Assembly (NCBI GenBank): GCA_965216875.1
Contig: OZ244207.1
Coordinates: forward strand, 8,192,001 to 8,256,000
DNA: 64,000 nt
Origin: Rubripirellula sp.
GTDB taxonomy: Bacteria > Planctomycetota > Planctomycetia > Pirellulales > Pirellulaceae
Direction of reading: 5' to 3'
Shown here: positions 28,765 through 40,431 of the stretch, in pieces
Position numbering within the stretch: the first letter of the stretch is position 1
Layout of the letters: every line of letters starts with the position of its first letter
Notes under the pieces: generated by a model
What the model saw: only the letters and a program-made list of their open reading frames with translations
Database searches by the model: none
What the model was told of the DNA's origin: nothing
Translations under genes and position numbers: made by a program

Positions 28765-30021
28765 ATGAATGTGATTGCAATCGATACGAACGAGCCACAG
28801 ACGTCACCGGCTAAACCGCTGGCCGGTCTCGACGCCGTTCGCGTCTGCGCTGCCTTCGCCGTCGTGATGCTTCATGCGACCGTGCCCTATCTGCAACATC
28901 GGATGCCAGGCCTCGCGTGGTCGACTCACGATGCGCCGAGTCCCTTGGTCGACGTGATCTCATGGACCATCGAGCTTTTTGTGATGCCTTTGTTCCTCGT
29001 GATCGCTGGCATCTTGGCATGGCGTACGCTCTCTCGTCGTGGCGCATCCGCACTAGTCACGAGCCGCGCCAAACGCCTTCTGGTTCCATTCCTTTTCGGA
29101 TGCGTTGTGATCCTACCGCTTGACCTTCATGTTTGGGTCTTGGGCTGGGTGCTCGACGGAGAGGTGCCATTGGTGAAGCTTCGCAGCTTCAAGTTTGATC
29201 CGAGTGTTGACAAGCACCTTTGGGGAACGAGCCACCTTTGGTTCTTGCAGTACTTGTTTCTGTATGTCGCCGCATTGGCTGGATGTGCGTTGATCGGCTG
29301 TGAACGGATTGCACGAAAAATCTCTTGGCCGGTGAGACGCCCCGTGATCGGATGGTTGATGCTGCTTGCGGCAACCGCAATCGTAACCGCTTCGGTGTCA
29401 CCTGAAGTGGTTTGGGGATTTCAGCATTCCTTCTTGCCCGTTCCGAGCAAGTTCATCTATTCGGCGACCTTCTTTGCATTGGGCGTCTTGATCGCGGTAA
29501 ACGACCCGGAATTGAATTGGCTGCGTGTCAACGCGCACCGGTTAACTTGGTTCGCCGTGCCAGCCACCTTCGTCGCGGTCACCGCGGGACGGGCTTACCT
29601 TGGCGGTGTGCAGTGGGCGTCCAATGAAATGGTCGGATTGGCCACCGTCACGGGCGCTGTCGCCGCCACGCTTGCGACCATCTCGCTGGCGCTTCGGCAT
29701 GTCGAGCGGCTACCGCTCACGTTTCAATACTTGGCGGCCGCTTCGTTTTGGGTCTACCTGATTCATCACCCCTTTGTCGGCCTGATCCACATCGATCTCA
29801 AGCTGCTGTTGCCTGAGACGCCACCGGAACTCAAGTTCGTGCTGACGATGCTGATTGCTTCGGTCTTTTCAGTCGCCACCTACGAAGCCTTCGTGCGCAA
29901 GAGCTGGCTCGGCCGATTTCTCGGCATGAATTGGCAATTTCCGCGGGAGTGCGAGCGGGAACCGGGCAATCAAAAAGAGCGGGAAAAAGCGTGTGAAACG
30001 GGCGAGAACGTGGCTGCGTAG
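28765..30021 (+). CDS. Acyltransferase family 3 (OpgC/MdoC-like)
   Basis: GLDAVR, VMLHA, MPLFLVIAG, RAKRLLVPF, HLWFLQYL, SFWVYLIHH. Confidence 0.85.
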   Translation: MNVIAIDTNEPQTSPAKPLAGLDAVRVCAAFAVVMLHATVPYLQHRMPGLAWSTHDAPSPLVDVISWTIELFVMPLFLVIAGILAWRTLSRRGASALVTSRAKRLLVPFLFGCVVILPLDLHVWVLGWVLDGEVPLVKLRSFKFDPSVDKHLWGTSHLWFLQYLFLYVAALAGCALIGCERIARKISWPVRRPVIGWLMLLAATAIVTASVSPEVVWGFQHSFLPVPSKFIYSATFFALGVLIAVNDPELNWLRVNAHRLTWFAVPATFVAVTAGRAYLGGVQWASNEMVGLATVTGAVAATLATISLALRHVERLPLTFQYLAAASFWVYLIHHPFVGLIHIDLKLLLPETPPELKFVLTMLIASVFSVATYEAFVRKSWLGRFLGMNWQFPRECEREPGNQKEREKACETGENVAA

Positions 30022-30175
30022 CCACGCAGGCGAACTCGGACGGTTTGTCGACCCGCCAAATCGTGGGTATTTTAATAGTCCCGCCTGCATTCATTAGAGG
30101 ATGCCCCATCCCTATTGGCTTACCGCGTGCACTCGCTCCACCTTGCACGTTTTTCGATTCGCCGTTTGAGCTTCC

Positions 30176-31480
30176 ATGACCGCTTCGAAACCCGTCAACG
30201 AAGGCAACCGGAAAGGTGCCAGCCGTCGCAACTTCATCAAAGGAAGTGGCATGATGTTGGCCGGGGGCGCGATGGCAAGCAACCTCCCGGTGGCGCGAGC
30301 CGCACACGCATTCGGAAGTGATGTCATTCGCATTGGTTTGGTCGGATGCGGCCAGCGCGGAACGGCTGCCGCATCCGAAGCGTTGTCGACCGCTGGTGGT
30401 GAGGTCCACTTGGTGGCCATGGCCGACGCGTTCAACAATCAGATTCATTCGTCGTTTCGATCGCTGAAAGGCCGGCATCGCGATCGCGTTCGTGTTGATC
30501 AGAATCGGTTCGTCGGTATCGACGCCTACAAGCAGGTGATGTCGGCCGATGTTGACTTGGTGATCCTCGCAACGCCACCGGCGTTTCGCCCCATGCAATT
30601 CGAAGCTGCGGTCAACGCTGGCAAACACGTCTTCATGGAAAAGCCAGTCGCCGTTGATGCTGCTGGCGTGCAACGAGTCCTCGCTGCGGGAAAGGTGGCC
30701 CAAGAGAATTCGCTTACGGTTCAGGTCGGCCTGCAACGACGTCACCAGATTCGCTATCAGGAGTGCATCGAGCAGTTGCAAGGCGATGCGATTGGCAAGC
30801 TGATCTTTGGACGCGCCTACTGGAACGGAAGCGCGAACAAGGCACTGCCAGGACGCAAAGGTGAATCGATCTTGGCGTCCCAGCTGCGAAATTGGCATCA
30901 ACACGCTTGGCTCGGTGGCGACCAGATTGATGAACGCCACATTCACAATCTTGATGTTTTCAATTGGCTGCTGCGATCACACCCGATCGAAGCGAACGGC
31001 CAGGGTGGACGCAATCCAGAGAGCCATCATTGGAAACGGACGCTCGGTCGAGTGCCGACCGCGGGCCAAGGCGAAGTGTTCGATCACCACATGGTCGAAT
31101 TCACCTATCCGGGTGGCTTCAAGCTTTTTAGCCAGTGTCGTCAAATCCAAGGTTGCTGGAACCACATCGGCGAACACGTTCACGGCGCATCGGGATCATG
31201 TGACATTAGCCGAGCCACCATTACCGGGGCCGATGGCAAACGCCGTTGGAAGTCGTCAAGCCAGGAAATCAAAGGCAAGGGTTGGCAACAAGAGCAGCAT
31301 GATTTGTTTGCCGCGCTCCGCAGTGGAGAGGTGGTGAACGAAGTCGAGTATGCTGCGACGAGTACGATGACCGCGATTCTAGGGCGGAATGCAACCTACA
31401 GCGGACAAGTCGTTCGTTGGGACGAGGCGGCTACCGACATGACGCCCGCAGTCGATGTGGAATCGTTGACGCTCTCGTAG
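30176..31480 (+). CDS. Gfo/Idh/MocA oxidoreductase with Tat signal
   Basis: SRRNFIK, GLVGCGQRG, HVFMEKP, HNLDV. Confidence 0.9.
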   Translation: MTASKPVNEGNRKGASRRNFIKGSGMMLAGGAMASNLPVARAAHAFGSDVIRIGLVGCGQRGTAAASEALSTAGGEVHLVAMADAFNNQIHSSFRSLKGRHRDRVRVDQNRFVGIDAYKQVMSADVDLVILATPPAFRPMQFEAAVNAGKHVFMEKPVAVDAAGVQRVLAAGKVAQENSLTVQVGLQRRHQIRYQECIEQLQGDAIGKLIFGRAYWNGSANKALPGRKGESILASQLRNWHQHAWLGGDQIDERHIHNLDVFNWLLRSHPIEANGQGGRNPESHHWKRTLGRVPTAGQGEVFDHHMVEFTYPGGFKLFSQCRQIQGCWNHIGEHVHGASGSCDISRATITGADGKRRWKSSSQEIKGKGWQQEQHDLFAALRSGEVVNEVEYAATSTMTAILGRNATYSGQVVRWDEAATDMTPAVDVESLTLS

Positions 31481-31690
31481 GTCATGCTCTGCATGACACC
31501 TGCCATCCGCAGCTTCACTTGTGGGCCGAACGCGCTAGCGGCCGGGCCTTGCACTCTTTCGCGCATCTCGAGTGGCCCGAGGCTAGCGCCTACGGCTCAC
31601 GGGCGATTCCTTGTGAGCCGAACGCGCTAGCGTCGGGCCTTGCACTCTCTTGCGCATCTCGAAAGGCCCGGCGCCATCGCGTACGGCTCA
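31477..31690. repeat. REP cluster: GTAG hairpin overlapping a stop codon plus two tandem GTGAG-type doublets
   Basis: GTAGGTCATGCTCTGCATGAC at 31477; similar doublets at 31521-31600 and 31613-31690. Confidence 0.85.
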
Positions 31691-31704
31691 TGGGCATTGA
31701 GCAC

Positions 31705-32472
31705 CTAGAGCGTTTGGCCGCCGTCGACGCTTAGCAGTTGGCCGGTCGCCATCGTTGTGCCGAGAGCAAAGAACAAAACAGCATCGGCGATGTCAGCCGG
31801 TTCCGACGCACGTGGCAACGGGTAGTTGGCCACCATTTCGTTGATGTCCCAGTCGGGGTTTCCCTGTTTGATCCAGCGGCTGTTGATGGGGCCAGGCAAT
31901 ACCGCGTTGACCCGTACTTCGGGGGCGAGCACGCGGGCCAGTGATTTCGTCATCGTGTTCAAGCCCGCTTTTGAAGCGCAGTAGGCGATCGACGAACCTG
32001 ACCCCGTCTCACCCGCGACTGAGCTGACGTTCACAACGCTCCCCTTTCCACCAGCAGCTCTCAAGAGGTCGGCGGCAGCGCGTGTGACAAAGAAGGCTCC
32101 CTTCAAGTTGACCGCCAACATGCGATCCCACATTTCTTCGGTCAAACCTTCCAGGTCCTGGTGTTCGACAAAGGAGGTCGTGGCAGCGTTATTGACCAAA
32201 ACATCGAGCCGCCCGAAGCGATCGGCGGTCGCTGCAATCATCGATCGCGCGTCTTGGTCGGAAGAGACGTCGCATTGATAAAGCAAGACTTCTGCACCCG
32301 CTGCTTCGGCGTCCGCTACAGTCGCCTTGGCGTCTTCTTCACTGCGCGAATAGTTGACGACAACGTTGTAGCCTTGCTTTGCGAGCTGAAGCACACAGGC
32401 ACGACCAACACCGGTTGCCGAACCCGTCACGAGTGCGACGGGTTTGGTAGAAGTCGATCCGTTATCCGGCAT
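31705..32472 (-). CDS. SDR family oxidoreductase
   Basis: TGSATGVG, NNAA, YCASK, VRVNAVLPG. Confidence 0.93.
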   Translation of the reverse strand: MPDNGSTSTKPVALVTGSATGVGRACVLQLAKQGYNVVVNYSRSEEDAKATVADAEAAGAEVLLYQCDVSSDQDARSMIAATADRFGRLDVLVNNAATTSFVEHQDLEGLTEEMWDRMLAVNLKGAFFVTRAAADLLRAAGGKGSVVNVSSVAGETGSGSSIAYCASKAGLNTMTKSLARVLAPEVRVNAVLPGPINSRWIKQGNPDWDINEMVANYPLPRASEPADIADAVLFFALGTTMATGQLLSVDGGQTL

Positions 32473-34205
32473 TACTTGTGAGCCTTTGTCTTGTTGGCGT
32501 TGTTTTTCTTTTTGGCATTGGGGTTGAGCGGCAAGACGTTAGCACGTTCTGCGTAGGCCTGCCACATGTCAGCAAGCTTTTTCGTCCGCTCCGGTTCGGA
32601 ACCCGCCAGATCGTTTTGCTCGCTACGATCTTTGGCAATGTTGTAGAGTTCCCATTTACCTCGGGCTCCTTTGGCAACCAATTTGTAGTTGCCGGCGCGA
32701 ACCGCACGGTTCCCTTCGTGTTCCCAGTAGATCGCCTCGCGGTCGATTGCCTTTCCTTCAAAGACAGGCATAAGGCTCGTGCCTTCCATTGGTTTGATCG
32801 CTTGCCCGTCATGGAAAGTCTTTGGGTATTCGGCCGAACCAACATCAACCGCTGTGGCCATCAAGTCGATAAGATGGCTTGGTGTTGATTCAAGTTCACC
32901 ATGACGGGTGACTTTGTCTGGCCAATGGACGATCAGTGGCGTTGAAATACCACCTTCGTGTGTCCAGTGTTTGTATTCGCGAAACGGCGTGTTTGATACG
33001 GTCGCCCAGCCGCGGCCGTAGCCGATCGCGGTGTCAGGTCCGCCTGCCATCGATCCCTTGCCAGTTCGCATGGGATACCCATCACGCGATTGCTTGGGCG
33101 TCATGTCGGGTTGAAGGTAGTCGGCTGGTAGGGGATCAAGTGTTGGAGCGGCAGCGCGCGGCTTGCCTTCTCCGCCTCGTCCGTAACCTTCGGCACAGCC
33201 ACCATTGTCTTGGAAGAAACAAATCAAAGTGTTTTCGAACTGGCCCGTGTCTTTGAGGGATTCAACGATGCGTCCAATTCCCTGGTCCATGCTGTCGACC
33301 ATCGCAGCGTACACTTCCATGTTCCGCTTGTCCCATTCCCAGTGCTTGGTCTCTTTCCACTCTGGTTTGATTGGCCAATTGACCGTGGTCTTGGGATCGA
33401 TCACGCCGAGTTCAACCATGCGTTTGTAGCGTGCATCGCGAATCGCATCGTAGCCGGCGTCGTATTTGCCTTCGTATTTCTTGATGTCCTTTTCCAACGC
33501 ATGCATGGGCCAGTGAGCAGCGGTGAAGCTGACGTACATAAAGAACGGTTTGTCGTCTGATTCGTAGTGGTGCTCGGTGATGTAGCGAACGGCGTGATCC
33601 GCGATTGCGTCCGTGTAATAGAATTCGCCGTTGGCCATCTTCTCGGCCGGATACTCTTCGTCGGTCAATGGCGACACGTATTCGTTTTCTCGGGTCAACG
33701 TGTTGGGGTCAAAGAAGCTCCCGGCGCCGTGGATCGTTCCGTAGAAACGGTCGAAGCCCCGCTGCCGAGGCCAGTTATGTTTGTCGGCATCGCTTTGTGG
33801 CTTGATCACTTTGGTCACATGCCACTTGCCAGCCATGTACGTTCGATAGCCAGCGGTGCGCAGGACCTCGGCGATCGTGACACAGTTCCGATTGAGGTCA
33901 CCGCGGTAACCGTCGTGCCCTCGGTCGTTCATCATGTGACCAATTCCCGCTTGATGCGGGTAAAGGCCTGTCAACAAACTTGCTCGCGTTGGGCAGCAGC
34001 GCGCCGTGTTGTAGAACTGAGTGAAGCGAAGTCCCGAAGCGGCGAGCAGGTCGAGATTGGGGGTTTCGATTTCGCTACCGTAACAGCCGATGTCGGAATA
34101 CCCCATGTCATCCGACATGATGTAGATGATGTTGGGGCGATCTTGGGCGAAGGCGGTGCAAGCGAAACAAGCGAGCAGAAGTGTGGTGGCAATACGCATT
34201 TGCAA
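32472..34205 (-). CDS. Arylsulfatase (Cys-type, family S1)
   Basis: DDMGYSD, CCPTRASLLTG, GKWH, HWP, DNG; signal peptide. Confidence 0.95.
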   Translation of the reverse strand: MQMRIATTLLLACFACTAFAQDRPNIIYIMSDDMGYSDIGCYGSEIETPNLDLLAASGLRFTQFYNTARCCPTRASLLTGLYPHQAGIGHMMNDRGHDGYRGDLNRNCVTIAEVLRTAGYRTYMAGKWHVTKVIKPQSDADKHNWPRQRGFDRFYGTIHGAGSFFDPNTLTRENEYVSPLTDEEYPAEKMANGEFYYTDAIADHAVRYITEHHYESDDKPFFMYVSFTAAHWPMHALEKDIKKYEGKYDAGYDAIRDARYKRMVELGVIDPKTTVNWPIKPEWKETKHWEWDKRNMEVYAAMVDSMDQGIGRIVESLKDTGQFENTLICFFQDNGGCAEGYGRGGEGKPRAAAPTLDPLPADYLQPDMTPKQSRDGYPMRTGKGSMAGGPDTAIGYGRGWATVSNTPFREYKHWTHEGGISTPLIVHWPDKVTRHGELESTPSHLIDLMATAVDVGSAEYPKTFHDGQAIKPMEGTSLMPVFEGKAIDREAIYWEHEGNRAVRAGNYKLVAKGARGKWELYNIAKDRSEQNDLAGSEPERTKKLADMWQAYAERANVLPLNPNAKKKNNANKTKAHK

Positions 34206-34433
34206 ACGCTAGAGCGGGGTGAGGTGGAGGGGAAAGAGGGCAGTCTATCCCAAACCCCACGTGTTCGCTTCCCTTTCGCGGATGAAACGACGCGTTTGCC
34301 GCTCGCGCTCGAATGAATTCACTCCATTCACAAGCGACTTGAGATTTGCACCATCGCCTTGAGATTCTTGACGCCGATGCCCCCGATGCCGATGACCCCG
34401 ACGCAAAATCCTGCTCGACATCCGGCGTCCGCG

Positions 34434-34745
34434 CTACTCCAGCAAGTCGGTCTCGGCCGTTTCAACAACTTCGCTCATCAAACCAGCAGAAACCTCCGTC
34501 GCTTCCACCACGTTTTCTTGCTGGTCTTGGTTCGGCAGCCAACCGTTCTTCTTGGCGATCCGTTTCATTTCTTCCGTGCGTTCCTTGGCGTACTGCGACT
34601 GGATCAGCATGCGGTCGATGTCTTCTTGGCTGGTTCGAAATGGTGCGTATTCTTCTTCGGTCGCAACGATCTCCGGCTCCGGCGGTCGTTCGCATCCAAC
34701 AAAGAACAACGCCCCCATTACAAACATCCATCCAAACCGTGTCAT
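34434..34745 (-). CDS. Small hypothetical lipoprotein
   Basis: Hydrophobic leader ending FVGC, then an acidic helical body. Confidence 0.55.
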   Translation of the reverse strand: MTRFGWMFVMGALFFVGCERPPEPEIVATEEEYAPFRTSQEDIDRMLIQSQYAKERTEEMKRIAKKNGWLPNQDQQENVVEATEVSAGLMSEVVETAETDLLE

Positions 34746-34852
34746 GAAAGGTCTCACTTAGTTGTAGGCTCCGCCCCGGATACAAATCTGATCAAACGTC
34801 AGTCACATGAAAAGTGAACATATGCAAGCTAGCACCTGAACAAACGATCGCT

Positions 34853-35266
34853 CTACGACGACATTCTGCGAAGTCGGTGCAGTTCGCCGCGATTGGGTTT
34901 GGCAAGTCGATTGCTCTTTAAAAACAGGAGAAAGCGATAGGCATCAATGGGGTGTCGGCGATGGGTTGTTGGCCATTCGTTAGTGGCAAAATACCGGAAC
35001 GTTTCTAACCCTTGGTCGCCAAGAGCGGCTGTGCTTTCTGGTGCCAATTCACACACTTCATGCCATCGTTTCACGAGCAGTGTTTCGGCTTGCTCTTCAA
35101 GTTGTGCGTGATCGATTGCAAGAAATGCCGGAATTGAATTCGTGTCGACACGCAAATGTTTGGCAACGAATTCTGGGGATTCAGCAAATTCGTCTCTTAG
35201 AGTCTGGCTTGAAAGCAGTCGTGCAAGTGCTGTCACAAAGTCGATTGGCGCCTCGGAATCATCCAC
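34853..35266 (-). CDS. Small helical protein, putative MNIO partner
   Basis: 8-nt overlap with the DUF692 gene; QAxxLxxKR..P..LG..F..DAxxF pattern resembling DUF692-associated partner domains. Confidence 0.6.
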   Translation of the reverse strand: MDDSEAPIDFVTALARLLSSQTLRDEFAESPEFVAKHLRVDTNSIPAFLAIDHAQLEEQAETLLVKRWHEVCELAPESTAALGDQGLETFRYFATNEWPTTHRRHPIDAYRFLLFLKSNRLAKPNRGELHRLRRMSS

Positions 35267-36044
35267 GCAGATTCTCCAGGGCCTTCAAGTCTGCTTCGAT
35301 TTCGTCCAACGCATCCAGTCGCAGGTCTCGTTCAAGCGTCACGGCTTCAACGCCACTGTATTGGATGACTTCAGCGACCAATTCCAGCAGGTCGTCCTGG
35401 ATGCGGGCCGAATGATGATCGTGGTAGCGTCCGTTGCGAATGCTGTAACCGACGACGTGCAATTGTCTGATGCTTTTGCGGTCAACCTCGTGAAGCCATG
35501 CGATCGGATCATAGCCATGGTTCTTGGCGTTGATAAAGAGGTTGGTGACATCGAGCAACAGGCCGCAACCCGCACGATCGCACAGTCGATTGAGGTACTC
35601 GGTTTCACTGAAGTCGCCGGCCAACTCGAGCGAGGTTGTGATGTTTTCAAGAATGATCGGTTTTTCACACCGTTGGGCAACTTCCACTGCGTGGTCGACC
35701 AGAACAGAAAGTGATGATTCGTCGCGTTGCACGGGATTCAGGTGGCCCAAATCGACTTCGTGAGAGCGCGTGAACGCGACGTGTTCGCTAACCCAATCGG
35801 CATCTGCAGTCTTGGCCACGTGTGTGAACTTTTCGAGCGTTTGTTCGCAAAGCGGCCCCGGAGTTCCAAGGGAAAGACCGAGTCCGTGCACAAAGATCGG
35901 GAATTGCTGTGTCAATTCACGTAGCGTTTCGTCATGTCCGTCGAAGAAATGTTCCGCGGTCACCTCGAGGCTTCGCACCAAATCGGCGCTGTCGAGGATC
36001 CACTCGTGCAATGCTGGTCGGTAACCGACACCTAGCTGCCGCAT
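35259..36044 (-). CDS. DUF692 family multinuclear non-heme iron-dependent oxidase (MNIO)
   Basis: GVGYR, EVTAEHF, HGLGLSLG, WVSEH, LENI, LLLDVTNLFIN, QLHVVG, DHHS, LERD; start moved to the ATG at 36044. Confidence 0.93.
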   Translation of the reverse strand: MRQLGVGYRPALHEWILDSADLVRSLEVTAEHFFDGHDETLRELTQQFPIFVHGLGLSLGTPGPLCEQTLEKFTHVAKTADADWVSEHVAFTRSHEVDLGHLNPVQRDESSLSVLVDHAVEVAQRCEKPIILENITTSLELAGDFSETEYLNRLCDRAGCGLLLDVTNLFINAKNHGYDPIAWLHEVDRKSIRQLHVVGYSIRNGRYHDHHSARIQDDLLELVAEVIQYSGVEAVTLERDLRLDALDEIEADLKALENLRG

Positions 36045-37093
36045 CCGCCACAACCTCCTCCGCCGCCACATCCCCCGCCGCAACTGCTGCAGCTACTGCA
36101 CCCGCTACAGCTCGAGAATCCAGATGACCCACAACTTCCGCCGGACGAGCGGGGCAGTTCGCCGGTCACCTTGTAGTACACCAAAATCCCAACAAAGAAG
36201 AATCCAAAGTAAAGCAGAGCCCCCATTTTGACAACGATTCGTCCCATGTCTTCTACGTAGAAGACGGACCAGATCGCAAGTCCGGCCAGTGAGTACAAGA
36301 CGACCGCTGGGATCAACGCCATTCCTCCGAGGTCGTTTCGAAACACCTCGCCCTCGTCTGGCGTGTCGGTCTGTGTGAACACCAGTGTTGCCGTTGAAAC
36401 GAGCAAACCGAACACCAGGAAGCCGACTCGGGTGTGGCCGTTTGCGAGGGAGTCGATCAACTGGGCGATTCCCGTTCCGCTAACAACAATCAAGGCGGCG
36501 TGGTTGATGATGTCGGCGTCGATCCAAAGGGCGCGCACGACGAGATTGGCGACACATGCAACGACAAAGGCGGCAAAAAAGAAATTCAAGAACGTTCGCC
36601 CGTCGACATCACGCAATGCCAGGAACGAGACCGTCGCAACGGCCGCGGCACCAACGTAGATCGCACCAGCAACCACATACTCGTTCGACAACAGACTCAG
36701 GCTCTTTCGCTCGGGGCGAGAGACATCCAGTTTTCGCCCCAGCTTTTTGTGGTAGCCACAGTGGATGCAAACAACAGCACCTTCGGCAATCTTTTTGCCG
36801 CAGGTTTCGCACGGCACTTTTTTCTCGGGGTGAGACTTGAGCGCAGGTGCCGAGGCCGCGGCCAAGAATGCGCCTGCAGTTGCCGCCGCCGATTGCGCCG
36901 GCGTGCTTTGCGAAGGATCGCGTTTGAGTCCTGTGGTTTTCTTTTCCGTCTGGGGCGTTTCGCTTTGTCCTTTGATCTTTGGAACAGAAAACGATTCACC
37001 ACACCCGGGGCATTTCGCTCGCTTTCCCGAATGGTGCGCGGGAACGCGAAGTTTCTTGCCGCACTTGCATCGAAGTTTCAACATTCCGCTCAT
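36032..37093 (-). CDS. Zinc-ribbon/multi-TM membrane protein with C-terminal Gly/Ser/Cys tail (TIGR04222-like, putative MNIO substrate)
   Basis: CKC..CPGC and CETC..CIHC; about 6 hydrophobic segments; tail SSGGSCGSSGFSSCSGCSSCSSCGGGCGGGGGCGGCGS; GGAGG upstream of the ATG at 37093. Confidence 0.8.
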   Translation of the reverse strand: MSGMLKLRCKCGKKLRVPAHHSGKRAKCPGCGESFSVPKIKGQSETPQTEKKTTGLKRDPSQSTPAQSAAATAGAFLAAASAPALKSHPEKKVPCETCGKKIAEGAVVCIHCGYHKKLGRKLDVSRPERKSLSLLSNEYVVAGAIYVGAAAVATVSFLALRDVDGRTFLNFFFAAFVVACVANLVVRALWIDADIINHAALIVVSGTGIAQLIDSLANGHTRVGFLVFGLLVSTATLVFTQTDTPDEGEVFRNDLGGMALIPAVVLYSLAGLAIWSVFYVEDMGRIVVKMGALLYFGFFFVGILVYYKVTGELPRSSGGSCGSSGFSSCSGCSSCSSCGGGCGGGGGCGGCGS

Positions 37094-37869
37094 TCGTCCT
37101 CCCCGGTGACTTCGAGCAATGTGACCTCTTCGGGAATCGCGTCGATCGCTGCGGCGGCTTCGGCAACCCACTGAATCATCGTCGCATAGATCGTTCGAAC
37201 GGCATCGACGTTCGCGAGATCGCTTTCGGCAACATCGCAGATCCGTTCGATTGAATCTTGTTCAAGATCGAATCGGCTTGCTGCTTCGATTAAGGTTTCA
37301 CGCGCACCCTCAGGCCGTGCGACGGGATCGGACTTCAATGCCAGAGCTGCGCCCAGCGTTCGAGCCAACGCGGCGTGATCGCGTTTGAATTTAGGCATCA
37401 GGTCGCGTGCACGCTTGTGTCGAGTCAGGTACGCGCTTTGCATTCGCAGCAACAGGTTCTTTAGCTCCTGCTCACACCTTAGCCTGAGGTGGCTCGAATC
37501 GATTTGAAGACCTTCCAGTACATCCTCACCAGTAATCAGCTGGTGGCAGCGTTTCATTTCCAAAAACGTAATAGGGAAAACGTCGGTTGAGGCCCGCATC
37601 TCTTCGGGAGAGTGCACCATTGGCGTGATGCGTTCGCTCCCCTGGACGAGGTCGTAGGCAGACGCCAATTTCTCGAGCGTGCTTGAATGAACGTTGTCGA
37701 TGACGATCAACACATGAATTGGAATTGATTCGTCAGCGACCACATTCTGCTGAGCATGCGGTCCGTGAAGGATGATGGAAACGAGCGAGGGGCCCATCGC
37801 TGTCGGAATCGTTTCCTTGAGCGATTGGATCACCGTGGCTTTCGATGCCGGTCGTCTACGAAAAAACAT
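37090..37869 (-). CDS. Nucleotidyltransferase-fold protein (degenerate active site)
   Basis: LVSIILHGP, DVFPITFLEM, GEDVL, LRLRCEQELK; GS and DxD motifs not retained. Confidence 0.6.
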   Translation of the reverse strand: MFFRRRPASKATVIQSLKETIPTAMGPSLVSIILHGPHAQQNVVADESIPIHVLIVIDNVHSSTLEKLASAYDLVQGSERITPMVHSPEEMRASTDVFPITFLEMKRCHQLITGEDVLEGLQIDSSHLRLRCEQELKNLLLRMQSAYLTRHKRARDLMPKFKRDHAALARTLGAALALKSDPVARPEGARETLIEAASRFDLEQDSIERICDVAESDLANVDAVRTIYATMIQWVAEAAAAIDAIPEEVTLLEVTGEDE

Positions 37870-37983
37870 ATTGCCTCTCAGTTGGAGAATCCCTCTCTAC
37901 TGGACAAGGCAATGATCGTAGCGTTTCAGGGCGCGCAACACCAAAGTGCGCAAATCGCCGACGGGGACGTCCCGAAACGAGAA

Positions 37984-40386
<2,403 letters not shown>

Positions 40387-40431
40387 GACATTCTTCTCGG
40401 TAGGGAAGGCTGGAGGGGGAGTGATCGAGGA

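Noticed and set aside
36045..36083. Arg-rich Tat-like leader on the DUF692 protein (MRRGMWRRRR)
   Set aside because: It is the alternative frame of the upstream Gly/Cys tail, has no hydrophobic core, and the GVGYR motif directly follows the ATG at 36044
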